A stretch of DNA of 64,000 nucleotides from Halarcobacter sp. (GCA_048571215.1 CP182352.1:1824001-1888000), one strand, 5' to 3'; shown: positions 50,743 through 61,422, numbered from the stretch's first letter. Numbers and translations are program-made. Notes: generated by a model from the letters alone, not told the origin.

Positions 50743-50769
50743 TTAGCACTTTTTATATTAAAGTGCTAA
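50743..50769. promoter_or_regulatory. CIRCE (HrcA operator) upstream of htpG
   Basis: TTAGCACTT-N9-AAGTGCTAA versus consensus TTAGCACTC-N9-GAGTGCTAA. Confidence 0.85.
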
Positions 50770-50978
50770 TTATTCAAAATTATATGGAGATTTATTTTAA
50801 TATTACTATATAATTTACAATTTATAAATATCTTTAAATAAACTTAAAAATTATCCCCAAAAACGAGCAAAAAAAACTAGATTAATTTTTCCCTCATTTT
50901 GTTTTATTGTACCTTATTTTGAATATATAATTATTTATAAATCCAAACTCCCTACTCTTTTACTTCACCTTGAATATT

Positions 50979-51827
50979 TCATATATATTTTAGCAAATCA
51001 TTTACCAAAATATTCATCTTATTAACTGCAAATATTTTATTACCTAAATCTTTGAAACTAGCTCCAAAGTGGTATATAGTTTCATCACATATTAAAAACC
51101 TATCGTGGAATCTTTTAGTAATTTTTACTTCAAGATTGTTATATTGTTTGTTATACTTTTCAATATCAAGTTGTAATCTTTTGGATATATTTTGAGTATA
51201 AATAATAAATTTTACATTTTTATTTTTTGAAAATAAACTTAAGATTGACTCATCTATATAATTGTCAATCAATATAATTGAAACTTTCGCACTTTTTATT
51301 AAATCAGATAAAAGTATATGTGCATCAAATATCTGACCGTTGAAAAATATTCCATGTTTGATTTCTATTGTATTATTTTTTATATGAGATTTGATATTAG
51401 CCAGATCATGTTCAAGGATAGTTAATCTTTGTTCTGTAATTTTATGAGTATTGATTGCATAACCATTTTTGATATATTCTTTTAAAACAGATGTTGCCCA
51501 TTTTCTAAAATGAATAGCTTTATTAGAACTTGTTCTATAACCTACTGCCAAAACAATATCTAAATTATAATATTTAATATCTCTTGTTTGTGTTTTATTT
51601 GATAGTGAACCATGTTTTGTGGTATGTGCAAAATTTGCACATACCACTTTTTCATCCAATTCATTATCTTTAAAAATATTTTTAATATGTTTTGATACAA
51701 CACTTCTATCTATATCAAAAACTTTTGCTATGTCATTGATGCTTGCCCAAATAGTATCCTTATTAGCAGATATTTTTAATTCTATCTCACCATTTTTATA
51801 AACAACTATATCTAATATCGTATCCAT
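50979..51827 (-). CDS. RhuM family DNA-binding protein with C-terminal PLD-like domain
   Basis: KHIKNIF...EL, YNLD..LAVGYR and FRKWAT..LKEY motifs; C-terminal IDNY...FHDRFLICD...GAS; ATG 51827 with AGGAG. Confidence 0.85.
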   Translation of the reverse strand: MDTILDIVVYKNGEIELKISANKDTIWASINDIAKVFDIDRSVVSKHIKNIFKDNELDEKVVCANFAHTTKHGSLSNKTQTRDIKYYNLDIVLAVGYRTSSNKAIHFRKWATSVLKEYIKNGYAINTHKITEQRLTILEHDLANIKSHIKNNTIEIKHGIFFNGQIFDAHILLSDLIKSAKVSIILIDNYIDESILSLFSKNKNVKFIIYTQNISKRLQLDIEKYNKQYNNLEVKITKRFHDRFLICDETIYHFGASFKDLGNKIFAVNKMNILVNDLLKYI

Positions 51828-52008
51828 TTTAAATACTCCTAGATTTTGTATATACAAAACTATAACTAAATATCTAATCCTGATTAAAAAATATTGCATT
51901 TTGTTATATTATTAAAAATATTGACTTTATAAAATTTGTTTCTTAAAGATTAGTAGCAGTTTAATTTGATAGAATTATATTTTATTAAAAAATATAGGAT
52001 ATATAAAA

Positions 52009-53886
52009 ATGACTAACGAAAAATTTTTAGAAGATTTAAAAGATGTATATGAATTTTTAAATGCACAAAAAGCAAATGTAAATAAATTTATCACTTATTT
52101 AGAAAACAATGAGTTTGAAAAACTTACTATTATAGATGAGTTTGCAAATACATTAAACCTAGAGTTAAAAGATGATTTAAGAGTGGCACTTATCACTCGA
52201 CTTGTAAATTTAAGGGATGATTCCCTTGTACAAGTTTTAAAAAAACTTGGGAAAAATGAAGATGAAGTTATAGCTTTACAAGAAAAAGCCTATGTCTTTG
52301 TAAGGGATTTTTGGCAAGCTAAACATAAGAATACAATAGATTATATAAAACACAATAAGCTTTTAACTCCCTTTTATCAAGCAGTTTTTGAAGGTGTTTA
52401 TAATGTTGGTTTAAAGATGTCTTTATGGCAAAGTGATTGGACAAGCCATATTATAAATGGTATAAATAAAGAGTTATCTTCTATGTTTGAAGGGGATGAT
52501 GAGAAAGTTATGGATTATCTTGAAAAAAACAAGCTTTTTGATTTGGGTCATGGGAATATTACATCAGATAGATCATACTCTGCTTTAGTAAAAGAGAAAG
52601 AAAACTTCTACTCAAAAGCCTATATTGAAAGCTTTAAAGAACAAACAACAGCCGTAATAGATGCACTTGAAGAGTTTGAAGAAAGATTAATAGAGCTAGA
52701 AGATGAAACCTATGGTCAAAAATGGGATTATATTTTATATATCCAATCTCTAATCAAAGCTTTTAGTGAAAATAAAACACACTTACTTGTGGAAAAATGG
52801 GCAGATGTTGATAGGGCATGGATGAAAATAAAAACTCCTATTCAAATAGGACATCCACTTGAATATTATGAAGACCATTATAGGAAAGCTGTTGCCTTAG
52901 AGTGGGATATAAGACTTACAAATCCAGAGTTTGCACAAAATGACAATAGAGTAAATAAAATCAAAGCAGCTTTTGCAAAGATTTTTGATAGTTTTGAAGC
53001 AAATGAAAGCTATAAAAATATCTATGAGTTTTCACTAAAATCCCTTGATAAAGTGCAACTATACGTAGGAAGACCAGCACTGTTTTTTGCAGCAGAGTTC
53101 AATGGGCTATTTTCAGCACAAGTTGTACCAAATGATGAAGTTGTAAGTAAAGAAGAGGGTAAAAAAATCTTTGCTTTTTCAGATGAGATACTTCAAACAA
53201 GTAGAGCAAAACCATTTTTAAAGTTAAGTAGTGAAATCTTTGGACAAAAGTTTCTAAGTGAAGATAGAAAGTTTTTATTTAATGAAACCGCTGCTTGGCA
53301 TCAAGTTTATGATATCACAACTATTGGACATGAGTTTGGACATATTTTATGGTGTGATGAAGAGACAGAAACTGTGATGAATAAAACTGGAAATTTCAAA
53401 AACATTGAAGAGTTCAAAGCCACAACTGGTGGTTTAGTATCGTTTTTCTTAGATGAATCAAATGATGAAAAAGATTTAGAGAAACAAGTTTTAATAGATA
53501 CAACAAAAAGAGCCGTTGGCTTGATAGGATGGATGGAAGTTGATGAAGTGCAACCTTACTATTGTGAAGGGATGATTCATCTAACAGGACTTTTTGAAAC
53601 AAAAGTTTTAGACTGGGATGAAAAATCTTTGATAATTGATATGAGTGATGAAAAATTTGAGAACTTAAAAGCTTGGTATATAAAAACCTACACCTCTTTG
53701 GCAAATCACTATTTAGATAAAAAAGATGCTACAGAGTTTTTAAGTAAGTTTACAAAAAAAGATGGAAAATATTTTATGCCAACAAACCCTAAAATAAAAT
53801 CATTTGTAAAACACTACTTTAAAAGATACCAAGAGATTGGTCAAGAGTTAGATACAAATGATAAAAAAAGCAACTATATAAACTAA
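52009..53886 (+). CDS. ciaB: Campylobacter invasion antigen B homolog
   Basis: QIGHPLEYYEDHYRKAVALEWDIR, GLFSAQVVPNDE, TIGHEFGH and IEEFKATTGG motifs. Confidence 0.92.
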   Translation: MTNEKFLEDLKDVYEFLNAQKANVNKFITYLENNEFEKLTIIDEFANTLNLELKDDLRVALITRLVNLRDDSLVQVLKKLGKNEDEVIALQEKAYVFVRDFWQAKHKNTIDYIKHNKLLTPFYQAVFEGVYNVGLKMSLWQSDWTSHIINGINKELSSMFEGDDEKVMDYLEKNKLFDLGHGNITSDRSYSALVKEKENFYSKAYIESFKEQTTAVIDALEEFEERLIELEDETYGQKWDYILYIQSLIKAFSENKTHLLVEKWADVDRAWMKIKTPIQIGHPLEYYEDHYRKAVALEWDIRLTNPEFAQNDNRVNKIKAAFAKIFDSFEANESYKNIYEFSLKSLDKVQLYVGRPALFFAAEFNGLFSAQVVPNDEVVSKEEGKKIFAFSDEILQTSRAKPFLKLSSEIFGQKFLSEDRKFLFNETAAWHQVYDITTIGHEFGHILWCDEETETVMNKTGNFKNIEEFKATTGGLVSFFLDESNDEKDLEKQVLIDTTKRAVGLIGWMEVDEVQPYYCEGMIHLTGLFETKVLDWDEKSLIIDMSDEKFENLKAWYIKTYTSLANHYLDKKDATEFLSKFTKKDGKYFMPTNPKIKSFVKHYFKRYQEIGQELDTNDKKSNYIN

Positions 53887-53906
53887 GAGAGTTTAACTCT
53901 CTAGTT
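53881..53906. terminator. Hairpin between convergent stop codons
   Basis: AACTA(A)GAGAGT...ACTCTCTAGTT. Confidence 0.55.
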
Positions 53907-55890
53907 TATCACTTGATAAAGCCTCTGGTTCTCCAAAATAATACCCTTGAGAAAAATCAACACCTATTTCATATAAAAGGTTAAATATAGATTCATTTTC
54001 TACATACTCTGCAATTGTTAATATATTTTGCTTTTTAGCAAAAGATACTATTGTTTCTATAATATTTCTACTAAATTTATCTTTTTCTATATTTTTTATC
54101 AAAGAGCCGTCGATTTTCAATATATCAGGTTCAAAATCAAGTAATCTCTCAAAATTTGAATAACCTGAACCAAAATCATCTATAGCTATTTGTACCCCTC
54201 TTTTTTTTACCTTTTTAATAAAACGCCTTATGCTTCTAAAATCTCTTACATTTTCATCTTCTAGCAGTTCAAAAACTATTCTATTGTTGTCACTTTCATA
54301 CTCTTCTAAAAGATTATATATCTCTAACCTTGTACTGTCTTTTTCTATATCTAAAACTGAAAGATTTATTGATAGTTTAGTATTAATATAATCTAACATT
54401 TTAAATGAATTTTTCAAAACTCTTGAAGTAATTTTGTTATAATAACTTCCTGATTTTGTAACATGCAAAAATTTATAAGGAGAGATAACATTCCCCTCCT
54501 CATCTATCAATCGTACCAAGGATTCATATTTGTCAATCTCTTTTGTTTTATTATTTATAATTGGTTGAAAATAAGATACTATTTTATAGTTATCTAAAGC
54601 TATCTTAACCATCTTAATAATCTCAAAATTCTTTTTAGCATCTTTATTTATTTTTATTGAAGAATCGTTTGAATAGTTTATTATTTTATTTTTAGCTATA
54701 GCTTCATCTAAACCAGCCTTAGCATCTTCATAAAGACTATATTTTCCACAAGCATAACTTAGTACAATATTTAAATCATACTCTATACCATCTATATTCA
54801 AAATAGAATTTTTTACATTTTGTAAAAAAATTTCTAAGTATTCTTTTATATTTACATTTAGTTTTTCAAAATTTTTATAATCAGTCAAAATTGCAAATCT
54901 TCCCTCACCTAAGGTATAAACATTTTCAAAAATATAATTATCAGGTAAGTAAGTCAAAAGATGTGATGCAAAAGCTTTTTCTAATTGGTCTATTTTTAAG
55001 ATATTATAGAACTTTTCTAAGATATCAAACTCTTGAATTTGTATTAGTATTAAAAAAGATAAGATATTTACTTCTATCTCTTTTAATAGATGTTTTTTAT
55101 CATCTAAAACCACATCTATACTATCTCTAAATGCTATATATTCTATAATATTACCATCAGAATCCAATAAAGGTTTTATAACAGAATTACTATAATATAT
55201 ACTCCCATTTTTTGAAACATTTTTTAATATACCATGCCACGCTTTTTTCTTGTTTTTTATGGTATCCCATAAATTTTTATATATAACAGAAGCAGTATCT
55301 TTATGCCTTAAGATATTGTGACTTTTTCCAATTAACTCCTCTTTTTCATAACCTGTAATTCTACAAAAGTTTTTATTTACATAAGTTATTTTACCATTTA
55401 AATCAGTTTTTGAAACTATTGTACTATTATCAATAATATCTGAACATTGTTCAATATAATTTATATTACTTTTTAATTTCTTACTTATTTGCTTTTTTTC
55501 TAATACTTTATTTATCGTTGTATCAAATTGAACCTTATCAATAGGTTTCAAAATATATCCATCAAGACATAAGCTAATACTTCTTAAAAATAATTCTTGT
55601 TCATTAAACTTTGAAAAAACAATAATAAAGATATTATCATCTATTTTTTTTATCTCTTCAATAATTTCAAATCCGTCAAAATTAGGATTTTCTAAGTCAA
55701 TTACTATTAAATCAATACTATCCTTAATAAAACAATTCAAAGCATCATTTTTATTAGAAGCTATTAGTATTTTTTGAAAATAACCTTTAAATAATTCTAT
55801 AGGTTCATCTAAATTTTTATCATCATTGTCAATATATAGTAGATTTAAATTAGTTAAATGAAAAGATTTCGAGGTAACATTTGAAAACAT
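53893..55890 (-). CDS. REC-PAS-degenerate GGDEF-EAL phosphodiesterase
   Basis: REC (IDLENP, KP); PAS (SKTD..GKITYVN); ESL-type EAL with DDFGSG; ATG 55890 has AAGG RBS. Confidence 0.9.
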   Translation of the reverse strand: MFSNVTSKSFHLTNLNLLYIDNDDKNLDEPIELFKGYFQKILIASNKNDALNCFIKDSIDLIVIDLENPNFDGFEIIEEIKKIDDNIFIIVFSKFNEQELFLRSISLCLDGYILKPIDKVQFDTTINKVLEKKQISKKLKSNINYIEQCSDIIDNSTIVSKTDLNGKITYVNKNFCRITGYEKEELIGKSHNILRHKDTASVIYKNLWDTIKNKKKAWHGILKNVSKNGSIYYSNSVIKPLLDSDGNIIEYIAFRDSIDVVLDDKKHLLKEIEVNILSFLILIQIQEFDILEKFYNILKIDQLEKAFASHLLTYLPDNYIFENVYTLGEGRFAILTDYKNFEKLNVNIKEYLEIFLQNVKNSILNIDGIEYDLNIVLSYACGKYSLYEDAKAGLDEAIAKNKIINYSNDSSIKINKDAKKNFEIIKMVKIALDNYKIVSYFQPIINNKTKEIDKYESLVRLIDEEGNVISPYKFLHVTKSGSYYNKITSRVLKNSFKMLDYINTKLSINLSVLDIEKDSTRLEIYNLLEEYESDNNRIVFELLEDENVRDFRSIRRFIKKVKKRGVQIAIDDFGSGYSNFERLLDFEPDILKIDGSLIKNIEKDKFSRNIIETIVSFAKKQNILTIAEYVENESIFNLLYEIGVDFSQGYYFGEPEALSSDKLES

Positions 55891-56029
55891 ATATAACCTT
55901 ATCATTTATAAGATAATATGTAATTTTGACATAAAACATCTTAAATTACAAGTTTATATATGTCCCAAAAAAAATTATTATTTTAATTTCTGAAAATAAA
56001 TTTTTATATAAATTATTTTATTTTTTAAA

Positions 56030-58696
56030 TCAATCATATATTTTTATACTTGGATTTATTTTTTCCCAATCTTTTATCAACTCTTTTTGTAAGATAAAAC
56101 TATCTTTTGGTGTTGCAATATCATCATAATCATAAGGAGTTACAACCATTAAACCACCTTTTAAAAGTGAACTGAAAGTATTAGTTTGAATCTCTGTCCC
56201 ACTAAAAATAGAAAACTTTAACTTCAAACCACTTATATCATAAAAACTAGAGTTTATTCTAACTAGGTGTTTGTATTTGTCATAAACAAAACAATCTATA
56301 AATGTTTTATCTCCATAAAATCCAAGTTTAACTTTATTTACCTTTCCTATTTGTACATTTTTATAATATATTGGAGCATCTTGTTGAATACTTATAGGAT
56401 CATTTGATACAACTTTTAAAACAATTCCATTTTCAACTTTTTTACTATCCTCTAAACTGTCAAATCCAATAAAATCATTTTTTGCCAAACTTTGTTTACT
56501 CGATATAACTCCTATATCTACAGGCATTATAGTTGAGCCAACATTTTTTATTTCAGTTAAAGATATTTTTGGTTTTTTTAGATAAAAAACTGTTCCTTTT
56601 CTAGCAAATTTATCATAGTTTTTAAATACTTGAACTTTTACCAAAACTTTATTTTTTGAAGTTAAAGATATGTTTGTAACCTTTCCTATATCTACACCTT
56701 TATAAGTTAGTTTTGAAAAGTTTGGTTTTAGTCCTTCCACATCATCAAAAAGTATTGAAAGTGTATTTGATGAATTTTTCATACTATCATATGAAGAAAA
56801 AATTTCATAATTTTTAAATGGTTTCGATGAACTATTATCTAGCTCAATTGCCCCATTTATTAAACTTGAAAGATTATCAATTTTAAATAATACTCCACCT
56901 AATGATGCATCAAAATTTATTGCGTCTTTTTTATAAAATGCACTTTTTTTATTTATATATTTTTTATATCTATTATAAATAAAAAGCTTTACTTTTGAAG
57001 TTTTTTCATTAAATTTTATTGTTTTTACAAAACCTATCTCTTGATTTTTATACTCTATAGCTTGATTTGGTTTCAAATCAAAACTATTATCAAAACTAGC
57101 ATTTATATAAAAACCTTGGGTTTGCTCTCTTTTTAAGTTTTTTACCTCTTTATACGAGTTATATAATTTAAAACTTTTTTTACTAAATTTTGCTTTTTTA
57201 CTAACTTGTACTAAAGAGATAGCTCCATCTAAAAGTGGTTTTACTCCACTAAAATTTATATCCAAATTTAGATTTTTCAATTCAATTAGCTTCGAACTCA
57301 TATCATAAAATAAGGTTTTATCATTTATTAGATTTTTATATTTTGCTTTTACTAAAACAGATATATTTACAGTTTTGAAATCACTACTTAGTGAATAATC
57401 TAAAACTTCTCCTATAGGTAAATTTTTAAAATAAAGCTTACTCTCTTTTGTGATTGAGTTTAGATTTAAAGCATTTAGATTTATTATTAAATCCTCTTGT
57501 TCCTTTTGTACCTTACTGTTTTGAATTTCAAAGAAATATTTTGGTTTTCCTTTGTTGTACTCTATAGAGATATAATTGCCTGTGATTATTGTATTTAGAT
57601 TTTTAATACCATCTAAACCAATTTCAACCTCTTCTAAATAAAATTTACTCTTATCAGTTAATAGATATTCGTAACTCTTATAGATATATCCCTTCGCAAT
57701 TATATCAGTATCAGTTAGATGCAACTCTTTGATTTTTCCAACCTCCAAGCCTTTGTACATGATCTGTGTATCTTTTCCTACACCTTTTGCAGTTGGAAGT
57801 TTTAGATTTAAAAATGTTTTTTCAGTAAGTTCACTTTTATCATCATATAAAACATAATAGTCATCTTTTGACATCTTTTGAGCATTTTTTTTAGGGGTTT
57901 GTACTGTTATTCCCCCAACAAGAGCTGAATACAAAGAACTTACTTCTAAGTTCAACCCTCCAGGTCCAAAGTTTACTTTTAAAGCCTTGTTCATAAAAAA
58001 TTGGGAACTTTCATTTACTAAGTCATTATACCTATTATAAATATAAGCTTTTAGATATACATTTTCATCTTTAAACTCTTTTGATACTATCTCCCCTATT
58101 TGAAATCTATTATAAAAAATTGGTGTTTCAACCTCAACTAAATCTGCCTTTGTAGAGAGAATAGAAACATAATAACCATCCCCATTCAAATCCACGCTAG
58201 GTTTAGTATCAAGTCCAATAAAATCATATTTTTCTTTTGCATTTTCATACTCTTGCATGGTACGATATTTTGGATAAACCTCTATTTTATTTCCACTAAG
58301 AATAGTTCCTAGTCCTGAAATTTTTGTTAGGGTTACAGTTGGTTTTTTTATCCAAAAATCAGAACCTTGCGTTGCTACATATTTAACTACATCACTATTT
58401 ACTAAGATATTTACTTTTACACTGTTTAAATCATTTATCTCTATTTTAGTAACTTTTCCAAGCTGTAAACCTCTGTACTCCAAAGGGGTTACTTCCGCTT
58501 TTAAACCCTCTGCACTTTTAAAAACCACTGTAATATTTGTACCTTTTTTAGAATAACTCTCATAAGCAATCCAAGATAATATACCCAATACAATAAGTGG
58601 TAAAACCCAGATAAAAGAGATTGATTTTTTCTCTTTTATTTTTGGTTCATAAACAACAGTTTCTATTTCTTTATTTTCAACTTTATCTTGGCTCAT
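56030..58696 (-). CDS. letB: LetB/YebT-like protein with seven MCE domains
   Basis: N-terminal TM (WVLPLI); seven Y/F-x-x-x-x-(I/V/L)G-x-(V/I) MCE repeats counted. Confidence 0.85.
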   Translation of the reverse strand: MSQDKVENKEIETVVYEPKIKEKKSISFIWVLPLIVLGILSWIAYESYSKKGTNITVVFKSAEGLKAEVTPLEYRGLQLGKVTKIEINDLNSVKVNILVNSDVVKYVATQGSDFWIKKPTVTLTKISGLGTILSGNKIEVYPKYRTMQEYENAKEKYDFIGLDTKPSVDLNGDGYYVSILSTKADLVEVETPIFYNRFQIGEIVSKEFKDENVYLKAYIYNRYNDLVNESSQFFMNKALKVNFGPGGLNLEVSSLYSALVGGITVQTPKKNAQKMSKDDYYVLYDDKSELTEKTFLNLKLPTAKGVGKDTQIMYKGLEVGKIKELHLTDTDIIAKGYIYKSYEYLLTDKSKFYLEEVEIGLDGIKNLNTIITGNYISIEYNKGKPKYFFEIQNSKVQKEQEDLIINLNALNLNSITKESKLYFKNLPIGEVLDYSLSSDFKTVNISVLVKAKYKNLINDKTLFYDMSSKLIELKNLNLDINFSGVKPLLDGAISLVQVSKKAKFSKKSFKLYNSYKEVKNLKREQTQGFYINASFDNSFDLKPNQAIEYKNQEIGFVKTIKFNEKTSKVKLFIYNRYKKYINKKSAFYKKDAINFDASLGGVLFKIDNLSSLINGAIELDNSSSKPFKNYEIFSSYDSMKNSSNTLSILFDDVEGLKPNFSKLTYKGVDIGKVTNISLTSKNKVLVKVQVFKNYDKFARKGTVFYLKKPKISLTEIKNVGSTIMPVDIGVISSKQSLAKNDFIGFDSLEDSKKVENGIVLKVVSNDPISIQQDAPIYYKNVQIGKVNKVKLGFYGDKTFIDCFVYDKYKHLVRINSSFYDISGLKLKFSIFSGTEIQTNTFSSLLKGGLMVVTPYDYDDIATPKDSFILQKELIKDWEKINPSIKIYD

Positions 58697-59270
58697 CCCA
58701 AATAATCCTCGTATCAAATATATGTGCAGCTATCATTGTAAGTACTACTACAAGAGCAAAAGATGTTGCTGCTATATCACCTTTTATATTAAATAATTCA
58801 TTAAGTTGTACAGTTGAAGCTAATAAGGCAACCACATAAATATCTATCATTGACCACTTCCCAATCAACTCAATAAAATGGTATATTTTTAGTTTTGTTT
58901 TATTGCTAAATGGTGTTTTTACCCACAAAGATATAAAAATAAACAAAAGCCCTAATAGTTTTACTAGGGGTATTATTATACTTGCAGTTAAAATAACTAT
59001 AGCAATAAAATAATCCTCATAATTTAAAAAAGATATAACCCCTTCAAATATAGTGCTTTCAACTTTAACTCCCAATTGTGTTACTTCCATCATAGGGTAT
59101 ACCATCGCTGGTATAAAAAGTAAAAGTGCAGTTATAACCAAAGCAAGTGAAATTTGCAAAGAGTTTTTAACTCTTCTTCTAACTGTATGTCCACACTTAG
59201 TACATTTAAAACTATTGTAATTCTCTTTTTTATAAACCTTATGACAATTATGACAAGATATTAATACCAT
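58683..59270 (-). CDS. PqiA/LetA family protein, C-terminal half
   Basis: CHNC...CTKC zinc ribbon; IGKWSMIDIYV and FDTRIIW motifs. Confidence 0.9.
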   Translation of the reverse strand: MVLISCHNCHKVYKKENYNSFKCTKCGHTVRRRVKNSLQISLALVITALLLFIPAMVYPMMEVTQLGVKVESTIFEGVISFLNYEDYFIAIVILTASIIIPLVKLLGLLFIFISLWVKTPFSNKTKLKIYHFIELIGKWSMIDIYVVALLASTVQLNELFNIKGDIAATSFALVVVLTMIAAHIFDTRIIWDEPR

Positions 59271-59842
59271 CAGTCTAGCACACTTTTTATCTCAAATTTT
59301 CTATTAGACATATAAAACATAAAAAGGTATAAAAGCATTATATAAAAACCAACATCAAACCTAGTAGAAGCTACCATTCCTATTAGCTTTATATAGGTTA
59401 CTATTATACTTACAATAAAAACCTCTACAAAACCCCAAGTTTTAAATATATGAAAACCATCATACAAAACCCTATAAGGTAATAATCTTTTTTTTGATCT
59501 ACTTTGAATAAATGCAAATATAATAATCAAAGAGTTTAAAACAGGGGCAACAATAACTGTAAAAAAAACTAGCAAAGCAACAAAAATAAAATCTTCTTGA
59601 AAAAATACAATAAAAGACTCAAAAAGAGTTGTTTTTAGATTGTTTCCATTTAATGTTAGGCTTATTAGTGGGTACATATTTAAAAGAACAAAAAGTAAAA
59701 GTGCTGTTATAGCATAATATAAAGAATCAAGAGTGTGGCTGTTTACACTTACGATTTTACTTTCACACCTTGGGCAGATTATCTTTCTTTGTTTTTTTTC
59801 TAGAAAAAGCCCACAATGTTTACATTCTATTATATTATTCAT
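59270..59842 (-). CDS. PqiA/LetA family protein, N-terminal half
   Basis: CKHC...CPRC; WGFVEVF..VTYIKL motif. Confidence 0.9.
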   Translation of the reverse strand: MNNIIECKHCGLFLEKKQRKIICPRCESKIVSVNSHTLDSLYYAITALLLFVLLNMYPLISLTLNGNNLKTTLFESFIVFFQEDFIFVALLVFFTVIVAPVLNSLIIIFAFIQSRSKKRLLPYRVLYDGFHIFKTWGFVEVFIVSIIVTYIKLIGMVASTRFDVGFYIMLLYLFMFYMSNRKFEIKSVLD

Positions 59843-60494
59843 ATTCTTTTATTAAAAATTTTCTAACATAACCAGCATTTTTATCTAAAATACACCAACC
59901 ATCTTTGCAGCTAGAAATATCTATTAAAACATCTCTGGGTAAATATTTTATAACACTAGCACTAGTAATTGGATTTTTATATACTGCTAAAGATTTTGTT
60001 GCTACTCTATATATTTTTATTTTAGATTTATTTTGTTTTTCTTTTTTTATTATTTTATCTTTTATCTCTTTTTTTATTTCCTCTTTTATCTCTTCTTTAA
60101 TCTCTTCTTTTGCTAAAACTTCTGGTTCATTTGATTTCTTGGCTGCTTTTTTTATTTTTAGAATCTCTTGTTTAAGAAACTCCACTTCTCTTCTTAGTTG
60201 CATAATTTGTTTATTTGTTCCACTTGAATTAATATTTTCTTCATTTTTAGAATCGTTTAACAAAACTCTTTTGTTTTTATATAGTTCATTCATAATCAAA
60301 TCAACTTTTTCATTGACCTTGTTTATCTCTTCTTCATTTAAGTTAGATTTATCTTTTGTAATTTTGACATCTTTTAGTAAAGATTCAAATCCCACTTTAA
60401 ATAAAAAAAGCTCTAATTCAGAGGTTTTTACAACATTTTCATTGGCAAAACAAAACATAGAACTTAGTAAAAATACAGCTACAATTTTATTCAT
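59835..60494 (-). CDS. Exported coiled-coil protein with C-terminal SH3b-like domain
   Basis: Signal peptide; L.VY..P...A.VI..L...C.DGWC....GYV. Confidence 0.7.
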   Translation of the reverse strand: MNKIVAVFLLSSMFCFANENVVKTSELELFLFKVGFESLLKDVKITKDKSNLNEEEINKVNEKVDLIMNELYKNKRVLLNDSKNEENINSSGTNKQIMQLRREVEFLKQEILKIKKAAKKSNEPEVLAKEEIKEEIKEEIKKEIKDKIIKKEKQNKSKIKIYRVATKSLAVYKNPITSASVIKYLPRDVLIDISSCKDGWCILDKNAGYVRKFLIKEYE

Positions 60495-60495
60495 T

Positions 60496-61032
60496 TTAAT
60501 TCCTCATTTTAAAAGCTGGGATAACAACTCTTTTTTTATCTTTTTTATCTATTATAAACATATATTTATCATCTTTATTTATAACATAAAATTTTTTTAT
60601 ATCTTTTAAAAGTATATCTGTAAAACTATTAGTATAAAATGCTATACCACTATTTAGTTTTTGAAATTTTTCTTTACTTTCAATTCTAATTAGATCTCCA
60701 CTTGAAGATATCATATATGTTATATTTTCATAAAAAGGATCATAATATGTATTATTTGTTTTAAACATAACCATATTGTTTTTCTCTTTATCTTGTGTAA
60801 TTTCTACCTGAGATTTTGACTCGGCAATATCTTCAACTATTATTTTATAAATATCATTTGTATTTTCACTTTTTTTTATATGTTCTTCAAACTTGTTATT
60901 TCCAACTCTTGTATCATCTAACACTTTATATAAAAAAGTTAGAAGAATCATAAATATAGTGATAGAGATAACAAGTTCTAAAATAGTAAATGATTTTTTA
61001 CCTTTAAATAGGTTTGCGTTATTTTTCATCAA
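60496..61032 (-). CDS. Pseudopilin (prepilin-type N-terminal motif)
   Basis: KKSFTILELVISI. Confidence 0.82.
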   Translation of the reverse strand: MMKNNANLFKGKKSFTILELVISITIFMILLTFLYKVLDDTRVGNNKFEEHIKKSENTNDIYKIIVEDIAESKSQVEITQDKEKNNMVMFKTNNTYYDPFYENITYMISSSGDLIRIESKEKFQKLNSGIAFYTNSFTDILLKDIKKFYVINKDDKYMFIIDKKDKKRVVIPAFKMRN

Positions 61033-61421
61033 AGGGATAATTTAAACCTATATATATCTTTTTTAGTTTTGTCAAAACTATATGTTGTTTTAAACTCACT
61101 AATTTTTAATGTAAAGTTATCGTACTTTAAATCTTCTGTATCTAAAATATCATCTTTTACATTCACTTTTACTTGTTTTAACTCTCTTCTTAAATCATCA
61201 TCTTTTATATTATACAATCTATCCAAATATACATTTTTATTTCTTTTACTTGCTTCATCTGTATTTATTGCAAAAAGTAAATAGTCTCTGTTTTTTCTAT
61301 TTTCATCTGCTTTTCCTAGGATAAAGATATTATTACTTTTTATTTGAAACATAGAAACCATTACAGTTGATAAAAGTACAACAGCAATTATTACTTCCAT
61401 CAATGTAAATGATTTTTTCAT
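61029..61421 (-). CDS. Pseudopilin (prepilin-type N-terminal motif)
   Basis: KKSFTLMEVIIAVVLL. Confidence 0.82.
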   Translation of the reverse strand: MKKSFTLMEVIIAVVLLSTVMVSMFQIKSNNIFILGKADENRKNRDYLLFAINTDEASKRNKNVYLDRLYNIKDDDLRRELKQVKVNVKDDILDTEDLKYDNFTLKISEFKTTYSFDKTKKDIYRFKLSL

Positions 61422-61422
61422 A

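Noticed and set aside
50770..50978. Possible gene remnants between rhuM and htpG
   Set aside because: Only very short frames; no recognisable motif
60055..60112. Short (E/K)EIK tandem repeats
   Set aside because: Low-complexity protein linker, not a DNA repeat array
59905..60609. 234-aa antisense ORF
   Set aside because: Shadow of two Lys/Glu-rich minus-strand genes
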